Position numbers and translations under genes: made by a program
The notes under the pieces: model-generated
The model's database searches: none
What the model was told of the DNA's origin: nothing
The model's input: the letters and a program-made list of their open reading frames with translations, nothing else
Part shown: positions 36,001-44,754 of the stretch, piece after piece
Position numbering within the stretch: position 1 is the stretch's first letter
Layout: each line of letters starts with the position of its first letter
Assembly: GCA_964016885.1 (NCBI GenBank)
Contig: OZ024754.1
Location: 26,846,001-26,910,000 of the forward strand
Reading direction: 5' to 3'
Length of the DNA stretch: 64,000 bases
Origin: Eledone cirrhosa
Taxonomy: Eukaryota

Positions 36001-37110
36001 ACACTACCACCACCAACACTACCATCACCAACACTACCATCACTAATACTACCATCAACAACACTACCATCAGCAACCCTACCATCACCAACACTACCAC
36101 CACCAACACTACCATCACCAACACTACCACCACCAACACTACCACCACCAACACTACCACCACCAACACTACCACCACCAACACTACCATCACCAATACT
36201 AGCACCACCAACACTACCACCACCAACACTACCATCTGCAACACTACCATCAGCAACACTACCATCACCAACACTACCACCACCAACACTACCATCAGCA
36301 ACCCTACCATCACCAACACTACCATCACTAACACTACCACCACCAACACTACCATCAGCAACCCTACCATCACCAACACTACCACCACCAACACTACCAT
36401 CACCAAACACTACCATCACTAATACTACCATCAACAACACTACCATCAACAACCCTACCATCACCAACACTACCATCACTAATACTACCATCAACAACAC
36501 TACCATCAGCAACCCTACCATCAACACTACCATCAGCAAGACTACCATCAGCAAGACTACCATCACCAACACTACCATCACCAACACTACCATCACCAAC
36601 ACTACCATCACCAACACTACCATCACCAACACTACCACCACCAACACTACCATCACCAACACTACCATCAACAACACTACCGTCACTAACACTACCACCA
36701 CCAACACTACCACCACCAACACTACCATCACCAACACTACCATCACCAACTCTACCATCACCAACCCTACCATCACCAACACTACCATCACTAACACTAC
36801 CATCACCAACACTACCACCACCAACACTACCATCACCAACCCTAACACCAACACTACCATCACCAACACTACCATCACCAACACTACCACCACCAACACT
36901 ACCACCACCAACACTACCATCACCAACACTACCATCACCAACACTACCATCACCAACCCTACCATCACCAACCTTACCACCACCAACACTACCACCACCA
37001 ACCCTACCATCACCAACACTACCACTAACATTAACATCACCAACCGTACCATCACCAACACTAACATCACCCACCCTACCAGCAACAACCCTACCATCAT
37101 CACCACTAGG
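1..37110. repeat. Giant 15-bp minisatellite (AACACTACCATCACC)n with variant units and kb-scale higher-order duplications; extends beyond the left edge
   Basis: Continuous tandem units from base 1 to ...catcaccactag at ~37110. Recurrent variants include accacc, aaccct, agcact, acagta, actaat and acattc, plus 12- and 18-bp units. The + strand is almost G-free. Confidence 0.98.
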
Positions 37111-37226
37111 GATATTCATTTGCATATTCACACATAACTTTGAATTACCCTTAATATATTTTCACTACCCAGCGAATTTTCAACCGTCAAGGTTGTTTTC
37201 CATGGTTATGTCACTATCAAATTTCG

Positions 37227-37291
37227 TATTTTATCTGATGAAAGCGCACCAAGGTTGCCTTGGTTGCCCTTGAAATATATATAATAAAATA
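37227..37291 (+). ncRNA. Minimal type I hammerhead ribozyme motif (Penelope/retrozyme-like)
   Basis: tattttat-CTGATGA-[aagcgcaccaagg ttg ccttggttgccctt stem II]-GAAA-TATATA-TA-ataaaata. Stem I is 8 bp, stem III is palindromic, predicted cleavage after 37283. Confidence 0.7.
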
Positions 37292-37499
37292 ATTATGGCT
37301 TTATCAATATAGTTTCTATTTATTAATATATTGAATATTTCCTCCAGTACACTGTTGAGTGCTCTATATCAGTTATAAACTTTTAAGTTTGGTTGAATCC
37401 CAACAAATTACATATAACCTCTGCATATATATATATATATATGTTGATTTAAAACTGCACTATTCACAAGTGTTTTTTTACCTTCATATCATGTCTCCC

Positions 37500-37570
37500 T
37501 ATTTTATCTGACGAAAACGCAAATGTCATTGCATGATGATATTTGTTTTTGAAATGCGCTTAATAAAATA
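37500..37570 (+). ncRNA. Minimal type I hammerhead ribozyme motif
   Basis: tattttat-CTGACGA-[aaacgcaaatgtcatt...gatatttgttttt]-GAAA-TGCGCT-TA-ataaaata. Stem I is 8 bp. The related copy near 40110 has the perfect palindrome TGCGCA. Confidence 0.68.
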
Positions 37571-37710
37571 CATGGAACTCTTTTAACCATCTTTTGATCT
37601 TATATATTATTATTTATACTCCAGTCCTACAAACTGTAGAGTGCTACTTATCCGATATGTGGATTGCTTTATTGTACTACAATAAAACTCACCTCCTACA
37701 TATATATAAA
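37500..37710 (+). mobile_element. Short non-autonomous hammerhead-bearing element ending in (TA)n; family also at 39981-40270, more diverged relative at 37227-37440
   Basis: The body catggaact..ttaaccatc...ctccagtcc..aaactgt.gagtgctacttatccgatat...aataaaactcacctcctacatatata is shared between 37571-37708 and 40139-40270. Confidence 0.65.
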
Positions 37711-37799
37711 AAGGAACGATCGACTTTCGTCAAATCGGACCGAGGGAACAATGTTTCCGTTGGTCTTTCCAATTGCTAATACTATCTATCGGTCGCAAC

Positions 37800-37930
37800 T
37801 CCAGGTAGAAGGAGCAGCGTGAAATAAAGTGTCTTGCTCAAGGACATAACGCATCGCCTGGTCCAGGAATCGAACTCACAACCTTACGATTGCGAATCCA
37901 ATTCTCTAACCACTCAGCCACACGCCTTCA
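37800..37930 (-). mobile_element. tRNA-derived SINE (family 2), partial
   Basis: The reverse strand reads gaaggcgtgtggctgagtggttagag...gagttcgattcctggacc...gtccttgagcaagacactttatttcacgctgctcc: tRNA A/B boxes plus the core shared with 41013-41280. Confidence 0.75.
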
Positions 37931-38049
37931 CTATATATATACATAAATATATATATATAATAGTTGTTTTGGAAGCCGCAAACTTTAACACTCATATATA
38001 TATATATGCGAGAAAAACCACAACAGAAACACAAACCCTCAATCTCAAT

Positions 38050-38093
38050 TTTACTTTTGAAAATCATAAGAACTGTGAAACCGGTAAAGTAAA
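38050..38093 (+). ncRNA. Variant hammerhead motif with U3-A8 core (TTGAAAA)
   Basis: tttactt-TTGAAAA-tcataagaactgt-GAAA-CCGG-TA-aagtaaa. Stem I is a perfect 7 bp and stem III (ACCGGT) is palindromic, but stem II is weak. Confidence 0.45.
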
Positions 38094-38226
38094 TAAATAA
38101 ATATTCTTAAAAGACTCCAGTTGCATTTTCAATTTCTTTTCCTTATATATATATGGTAGATTCATAAACAATGTGCATGCATAGATGTAAGGTATATTGC
38201 AATTGTAGTTTTCCCTTCTTTTGTAG

Positions 38227-38380
38227 ATCCCTGTTTATGTTCTCTATAATGTCAGTATTCCAAGACCACAGATATCCCGATATCTTCGATTCTACGTTGT
38301 AGAACATTATGGTAACGAGGACAATCCGATTGCAGTTACAGTCGACTTCTTTGGCTGTAACCTAACTAACGATGTCACAG
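38227..38380 (+). CDS. Exon: C-terminal half of discoidin-like domain
   Basis: ttttcccttcttttgtag|ATC...ACAG|gtagat; IPVYVLYNVSIPRPQISRYLRFYVVEHYGNEDNPIAVTVDFFGCNLTNDVT. Confidence 0.85.
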
Positions 38381-41300
38381 GTAGATGCCTATTTATTCCA
38401 TATATATATATATATATATTATATATAGTTATAAACTCAAAATAGTCTTTTACAATTAAATAAGCTCAAAGAAAGGAATATTTCCGAGCCGTGTAATACA
38501 AATGAATATATGATAGGGATAAACACTGATACAAGTATACATGTGTTCTCATTGCAAATGACCAAGTTAGCTAGCATTTGCAATGAGAACACATGTATAC
38601 TTGTATCAGTGTTTATCCCTATCATATATTCATTTGTATATATATATATATCAACCTCCCCCCTACCACTCAAAACAAAAGCGTGAACCTAATAAACTCA
38701 TATTTGTACTGCCTCTCTGTTTTTGTTCCTGTCTAAGATTTAACTATATATATATAAGTTTATCGCGGGTTCAATCGGGGGTAACCACAGTAAGGTACTC
38801 AATACATAGCAGAGTATAAATATTTAATATATATATATATGTATATATATTTGTATATATAGATCAGGATAGAACCAGTTTAAAGCTAGTTAGACAGAGT
38901 ACTTGATACTTGGGGTAGTAGAGTATGGCTATATTATAAAGAGTCGGGACCAGACAGCTCTTGCTGTCTCAACAATAACAGCAACATAAATGTCATACAA
39001 TGCCCCTTTCCCCAAGAATATGACCCAAATAAGAAGAAAAAAAAGAGCCTCGTGGTCATTATGATGTAATTTCTAAAAATGTTCTTTTCTTTAACAACAG
39101 ATGTTTGTGAAACAACTCCGAAAGTGACCAACCCCCCTGGTATGTAACTGTATCTTCTCCCGATATTTAGTTCTCTAATATATGCTAATTATACATGCTT
39201 AATCGTGTTCAAATCCTGCAGGGGACAACGTAGCCTTTTATTCTTTCAAGGGCGATAAATTTCCACTCGGGGGCTGATTCTGTCTCTCACTCTCCCCCTC
39301 TCTCTGAAGAAGAAACCGGTCACGGTGTGGGTGCCACCACCTATAAACTGCTCAAGACATTACGTTACAATGACCCCATTAGGAATTACAGGCTCTTCTT
39401 TGGCCACTTATTCCTGAGCGGGATGTGGAGGCAGAGTCCTCAAACACTTCTTCCACTAGGTCATGTCATAAGCAACTGTCTCCAGCTGACTCGGCTGGAT
39501 CCCCGAGTGAGACCAGCCAAGCTCATGGATGTTATCCAACCATCTTGCTCGGAGTTTACCACTGGGTCTCCTGCCGGTTGGTTTTGCCTGTAAAATCTGT
39601 CCAGTGACTCGTTCCTGACACATTCTAACCCTATGCCCATAGTATCGGAGCTGCGGTCTCTCGTTTTAAAAACATAGCGGCTCTACCTGGAGTGACTCTC
39701 TGGTCTACGCACTCTATCAAGTAATGTTATTATTGGATCAAAGATCAATAAATCATTCAATGATATTTGCCTTAAATTCAACTATATAAATTTGATGTTT
39801 TTTTCACAGGATGGTACCACAGAGGATTCATGGAAGTCGGTTCTAACATTTATGTCTGCGACGCCAATCCTAAGAAGTATAATTCTTTTATAAAAATGTG
39901 TTATAGATTCTGTGAATGTATATGTATGTGTATATGTATGTATGTTTGTATGTATATATGTATGTATGTATATATATATATATATATAAGAAGAAATTAA
40001 AAGATGGTTAAAAAAGTTCCATGTATTTTATTATGCACATTTCAAAAACAAATATCATCCAGGGACGATATTTGCGTTCTCATCAGATAAATATCGTCCC
40101 TGGATGATATTTATTTTTGAAATGCGCATAATAAAATACATGGAACTTTTTTAACCATCTTTTAATTTCTTCTTATATATACTCCAGTCCAATAAACTGT
40201 TGAGTGCTACTTATCCGATATTTGCATTGCTTTATTGTGCTACAATAAAACTCACCTCCTACATATATATATAGAGAGAGATATCATATACATATATATG
40301 TGTGTGTGTGTGCATTAAGGTATCCACTACGTTAAGAGCGAAAGCAAATTTTATCTATTTGATGTTTGGCAAAGTTAGCCGTAAAATCGCTAGGTATGCA
40401 AATGAGGCTAATCAGCTGATGTATACATTTGAGAATACTAAGTACTCTCCGCAGTTCCAGAGTGTAGCTAATGAGCAGAATACACAATCTTGACAAAGAG
40501 CAAGACACTCCGAAACAATTGTCGATTGTTTTCACTCAGCTACTGCTGGAATAAAAGGATGAAGTTGTTCATCTACTACGTGGTGTTTTATGAGGTTGTT
40601 TACTTGTAAACAAACTGAATATTGATATTATTATTACTATTCACTCACAAATACATCCATCCATACATATATATATATCAATTACCACCAAAGAGGTCTG
40701 AAGAGCCATTGATTACAGAGTCGGGCTAGATCGATACAGATCAAACCTTGAGCTGATCAATAGCGAAACGCTCGTCACCAACCAATAAATGTAATGAGGG
40801 AGTAACCACTCGTCCTTGTTTTATTATATATATATATATTTAAACAGTTAGCCGTGTCTTCTGTGTTCACAAAACCAATAATTAACTAGAATCGATTCAT
40901 TCAACTCTTCCTCTCACCTACAATTTAAATGTTGTTTATGTCAATGAAAATTAGTACATAATTTAAGATATAGTTTTAAAATTATATGTATTAGTTACAT
41001 CCCTTTATATGTGAAGGCGGCGCATGGCTTAGTGGTTAGCACATTAGGCTTGCAAACGGAAGGTTGAGAGTTCAATTCTTGGACCGGGTGATGCGCTGTG
41101 TCCTCGAGCAAAACACTTTAGTTCACGTTGCTCTAGAAATGAGTATCAGCCGTTGCCTTTCTCTTGGACATCAGTGGCGTGGCGAGGAGAGGGTGGTATG
41201 CATAGGTCTTCCACAAACAACCTTGACTTGGAGGGAAATTTTCTAGGTGCAAATCCCATGGTCATTTGTGACCAAAGGGGCTTTTTACCTTTACATTCTG

Positions 41301-44300
41301 AGTTCAAATCCTGGCAAGGTTAGCTTTGCCTTTCATCCTTACGAGGTTGGTAAAATAAAGCACCAGTAACGCACTGGGGTCGATTTATCCTCCTCCACCC
41401 ACCTTGTGGATTGTCTCTCTGTTGACTGCTGGTCTCTGTCCTTTGAGGCATTTTCCCCCATCGCTGTCTTTGACAGCATTTAGCTGTTTTCTCATTTTTC
41501 TATGTATTCAATCAAATACACTCTCGTTTCTGACACATCATCACTTTAATATTATTATTCATATTTGTTTGCTTAATTATTTATCCATTTACATCTCTTA
41601 TTCAGAGACTTGAAAATGTTCTGCTATTACTCTCAAAACGGCAACATCTGGCACTGTAAGTAATACATTTGTTTTGTGGTAGTAGTGGTGTTGATGTTCC
41701 TATTTAAGTTAACATTTTCCAACACAACTTTATATAAGGACCATATGTTCAGTTAGTGTCTTAGTTACGAAATAATTAAAAATATTAGTAAATCTCTGAA
41801 AAATGTACATTAATTAATGGAAATAGAGTCTAATACATTAGCAATATGGTGATGAAAGGGTTAATCAAACCACACCTGTGACACACCTGAGTTAAGCTAT
41901 TTTATGTAGTAATATTGTGATGAAAGGGTAAATCAAGCCACACCTGTGACACACCTATTCTTACCTGAGTTAAGTTAATTTATGAATATTTTGAACTTTC
42001 TACCATTTTCAAAGATTATTTTTTATTTTTTATCCCACCAGTATTGGATAGACGACTGGGAAATGTGAATATCTATGACAAGGAAAATTCAAGATTTTAT
42101 GGAATCTCTAATGATAAAGTTTCCTATATGTCAAGTAATGATGGATTATTCTGGAAATCTGTTGACCCAGAGACTGCCATCGATTTAATTAACAACTGTA
42201 CAGAAGAAAAATGCACCAACGTTACAATAGTCCCATGGCAAAACCAAACTATACTTGGTAACAGTGACTTCCAATCGACAAACTGGAGAGGTAAGAAACA
42301 AAATCATTTTCGTATTATATTATTATTTTTTAAAATATATACTTTTATTGTTAATTGTTTTTGTTATTGTGTATTTTACTTGATTTTATTGTAAACCCCC
42401 ACTATCACTGTCTTTGTATTGTCTCCTATATGTCCGCCCTTGTGGCCAATAAATGAAACCATTATTTGGATTGGCAATATCAGTAGAGGGTCGGACGCCA
42501 TGCTTTGATGCATAGAGTTATGGCCCTTGCCATTCTGAGTTCAAATCCCGCTGAGGTTAACTTTGCCTTTCATCCTTATGGGGTCGATACAATAAAGTAC
42601 CAGTAATACACTGGGTAATTGCTGTCCTTGTGCCAAAAGTAGAAACAATTATTATTAGTATTATTGCTATTGGTAATGCTTTTGCTCTGGCCGATGTTAT
42701 ACTGACACTATACCATTCTGATATTTCCAAGACTAGGCTGAATTGCTGCAGCACTTTTGTACATTTAGTTATGGATTTTTATGTTCCAAGTTTAAATTCT
42801 GCTGTGATTTGTCTTTCATCTTTAAATCGACCCCAGTGCATTAATGGTGCTTTATTTTATTGACCCCATAAAGAGGAAAGGCAAAGCTAACTTTGGTGGG
42901 ATTCAAACTCAGAATATAAAGGGCTGTAACTCTCTGCAGTGAAGCAGGGTGTCTGACGCTCTACCGATACTGCCATAGTAATGGTTTCTAATTTAGGTAC
43001 AATGCCAGCATTATTTAACTGATAAATAAATGGGGCTGACACAATTAACTCATCCCTCCTTCCAAAATGCTGGCATTGTACCTAAATTAGAAACCATTAC
43101 TATGGCAATGGATTGGCAGTATCGGTAGAGCATCAGACACCCTGCTTCATTGCAGAGTTACAGCCCTTTATATTCTGAGTTCGAATCCCACCAAAGTTAG
43201 CTTTGCCTTTCATCTTTATGGGGTCAATAAAATAAAGCACCATTAATGCACTGGGGTCGATTTAAAGATGAAAGACAAACCACAGCAGAATTTAAACTTA
43301 GAACATAAAAATACAGCCCTTTATATTCTGAGTTTGAATCCCACCGAGGCTAGCTTTACCTTTCATCTTTACGGGGTCGATAAAATAAAGCACCAGTAAT
43401 GCACTGGGGTCAATTTAATCGACTTTCCGTTTGTCCCAATATTGTTGGCCTGTGCCTATAGTAGAAATCTTATTTCTAGGCAGTGAATTAGCAGAGTCAT
43501 TAGGACATCATAGAGAATGTTTTGCAGTATTCATTTGAGTTGTTTGTGCTCTGAGTTCAAATTAGCTTTTCATCTTTTGGGGGTTGATGAGTGAAGGGAC
43601 AGTCAAGCCCAGATGTCAGTTTCCTCTCTCTCTCACTCTTAGAATCAGTAATGCAAAGGGGACCTAGAAAGGAAATTTCACATCATGGCACAAACAATCT
43701 TTTCATTACCATACTGTGGATAATAAAAGAAAGATTATATTTTATTTTGATTGGGTTTTCAATACTCCTTAAAATTAATGATTGAAAAGTTTGTTTAATC
43801 TGCTGATGTATATATTTTACTAAATATAAACTTGTAAAATGTTTAACAATATATATATAATTGGTTGTTTAATTCAGCTTTGGTCATACATATTCTTCAA
43901 ATTATGTAATTATGTTTACCTTAACCCTGTAGCATTTAAACTGGCCATATCCGGCCAGAATTCTCTCACTTCTTACTTTTCAAACCGGCTATAACTGGCC
44001 ACTCATACTGATGTCAAGGTATTATTCTCAAAATAAATATCAAAATCTCATAGATCGATATTATGTGAGATAAAGACTTTACCATGAAAATACAATATAA
44101 AGTAATGAAAATGCTAAAGGGTTAAATATGATTAACATTTTTGTTAATATATTTCTAATGAAAGATTCTGTCTATGGTTTCAAATCGTTTGGAAAATAAT
44201 CAAGAATTTAGAGGGATTTAGTAATATAACTAAGTTTCTCATTATTAAGCTGATGTTTGGAGTATAAACTTAAAGGTTCTTACATAAAATTATGATGGAA

Positions 44301-44712
44301 GGTTTTTAGATAAATGTAAATATTCGAAAATAAACATTTAAATAATAAAATCAGGGGAAGTTTCAGGTAGTTTGTTATCAAGAGGTTTAATATATATCAG
44401 ATTTCACTAATATCTAACAATCATGCTCCTTATTATGTACATTACATTAAAGTCAGTGGATTTGTAGAATCATCAGGGTTCTATGAAACACATTTACATT
44501 CTGAGTTCAAATCTCACCAAAGTCCACTTTGCCTTTCACCCTTCCAAGGTCAATAAAATAAAGTAGCAGTCAAGTATTGGAGTCAAAATAATCGCAAATA
44601 CCCTAACTTTGATGTTTATTTGATTTTCTTTTTCATTTCAGCATCATATCAAGGAATTTTTAAGAAAACGGATTTAACGTTCATAGTTAACTGGTCTCTT
44701 TGTGGCCTTTGA
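38227..44712 (+). CDS. 3' part (6 exons, 209 aa) of a protein with an F5/8 type C (discoidin)-like domain followed by an uncharacterised Asp-box-like C-terminal domain; join(38227-38380,39101-39139,39810-39876,41606-41655,42042-42290,44642-44712); 5' exons outside the window
   Basis: All exons have pyrimidine-tract AG acceptors and GT donors. Phases chain 0-1-1-2-1-1-stop (630 nt). Translation: IPVYVLYNVSIPRPQISRYLRFYVVEHYGNEDNPIAVTVDFFGCNLTNDVTDVCETTPKVTNPPGWYHRGFMEVGSNIYVCDANPKKDLKMFCYYSQNGNIWHLLDRRLGNVNIYDKENSRFYGISNDKVSYMSSNDGLFWKSV...NWRASYQGIFKKTDLTFIVNWSLCGL*. P-x-I-SRYLRF...VDFFGC matches the discoidin C-terminal motif (PIxARYxR...RxELxGC). Confidence 0.85.
38496..38639. repeat. Perfect inverted repeat (65-bp arms, 14-nt loop)
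   Basis: 38496-38560 is the exact reverse complement of 38575-38639. Confidence 0.92.
39101..39139 (+). CDS. 39-nt linker exon of the discoidin-domain gene
   Basis: ttcttttctttaacaacag|AT...CCTG|gtatgt; (D)VCETTPKVTNPP, phase 1-1. Confidence 0.75.
39395..39730 (-). mobile_element. RTE-clade LINE 3' fragment (same family as 52855-53390 and 58085-58330)
   Basis: Shared ...ctggatcccc..gagaccagccaagttcatggatgttatccaac...cctgccggttggttttgcctgtaaaat. The minus strand encodes the RTE C-terminal K-P-T-G-R-R-P-x-G-x-P motif. Confidence 0.75.
39810..39876 (+). CDS. Exon of the discoidin-domain gene
   Basis: tttttttcacag|GA...AAGAA|gtataa; (G)WYHRGFMEVGSNIYVCDANPK, phase 1-2. Confidence 0.78.
39981..40181. 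repeat. Fold-back inverted repeat (~93-bp arms) of the hammerhead-bearing element; complete hammerhead on - strand at ~40024-40091
   Basis: 39981-40073 pairs with 40089-40181. The minus strand reads tttat-CTGATGA-gaacgcaaatatcgtcc..gatatttgttttt-GAAA-TGTGCA-TA-ataaa. Confidence 0.85.
40484..40529 (+). ncRNA. Variant hammerhead motif with U3-A8 core (TTGACAA)
   Basis: acaatc-TTGACAA-a gag caagaca ctc c-GAAA-CAATTG-TC-gattgt. Stem I is 6 bp, stem III is palindromic, cleavage triplet is GUC. Confidence 0.6.
40695..40779 (+). ncRNA. Hammerhead motif with long stem II
   Basis: ggt-CTGAAGA-[gccattgatt...atcaatagc, ~60 nt]-GAAA-CGCTCG-TC-acc. A decayed relative lies at ~55905-55995. Confidence 0.55.
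41013..41280 (+). mobile_element. tRNA-derived SINE (family 2)
   Basis: ggcgcatggcttagtggttag (A box)...gagttcaattc (B box)...gtgtcctcgagcaaaacacttta core. Further copies lie at ~46200-46260, ~49340-49420, ~49970-50060 and ~56845-57200. Confidence 0.75.
41606..41655 (+). CDS. Exon of the discoidin-domain gene
   Basis: catctcttattcag|A...CACT|gtaagt; (K)DLKMFCYYSQNGNIWH, phase 2-1. Confidence 0.8.
42042..42290 (+). CDS. Exon of the discoidin-domain gene (Asp-box-like SSNDGLFW)
   Basis: ttttttatcccaccag|TA...GGAGAG|gtaaga; corresponds to the 5' part of ORF 42044..42394; phase 1-1. Confidence 0.85.
42468..42652 (+). mobile_element. tRNA-derived SINE (family 1, octopus-type)
   Basis: ggattggcaatatcagtagagggtcggacgcc...ctgagttcaaatcccgctgaggttaactttgcctttcatcc..ggggtcgata..ataaagtaccagt...cttgtgccaaaagtagaaacaatt. 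Confidence 0.85.
42774..43312. repeat. ~240-bp-arm inverted duplication containing family-1 SINE copies, followed by another SINE copy (43313-43470)
   Basis: 42774-43012 is near-reverse-complementary to 43066-43312, including the non-SINE flank (tttaaattctgctgtg / cacagcagaatttaaa). Confidence 0.85.
43921..44125. mobile_element. piggyBac-type MITE (TTAA target, CCC...GGG termini)
   Basis: TTAA-CCCTGTAGCATTT...AAATGCTAAAGGG-TTAA. Homologous copies lie at 50183-50394, 52363-52572 and 57318-57495. Confidence 0.8.
44642..44712 (+). CDS. Terminal coding exon of the discoidin-domain gene
   Basis: ttttctttttcatttcag|CA...CTT TGA; (A)SYQGIFKKTDLTFIVNWSLCGL*. Confidence 0.78.
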
Positions 44713-44754
44713 GAAGCAGTGTCAACTTATATATATGTATATAACATTTATTAT

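Noticed and set aside
1-37110. CRISPR array or telomeric repeat
   Set aside because: There are no unique spacers or cas genes, the context is eukaryotic, and the unit is not TTAGGG-like.
1-37110. His-rich (QHYHH)n structural protein akin to squid beak proteins
   Set aside because: This register is repeatedly interrupted by TAA/TAG from variant units and lacks the Gly-rich motifs.
1457-37131. Huge minus-strand ORFs (VMVVL)n / (GDGSV)n up to 3923 aa
   Set aside because: They are stop-free by construction of the 15-mer, overlap in two frames, switch register at indels, have no unique domains, and are antisense to the flanking gene.
37173-37191. Possible microexon (cccag|CGAATTTTCAACCGTCAAG|gttgtt) linking to exon 38227
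   Set aside because: The donor is very weak and there is no recognisable discoidin motif; it cannot be supported without RNA data.
39304-39322. CTGAAGA-a-GAAACCGGTC hammerhead-like remnant
   Set aside because: Stem II is absent and there is no stem I; at best a deleted relic.
41013-41090. tRNA gene
   Set aside because: It has A/B boxes but continues into a SINE core with multiple decayed copies; no intact cloverleaf was recognised.
42291-42394. Hydrophobic tail of ORF 42044..42394 as a TM anchor
   Set aside because: It is read-through past a strong GTAAGA donor into AT-rich intron; a phase-compatible terminal exon exists at 44642.
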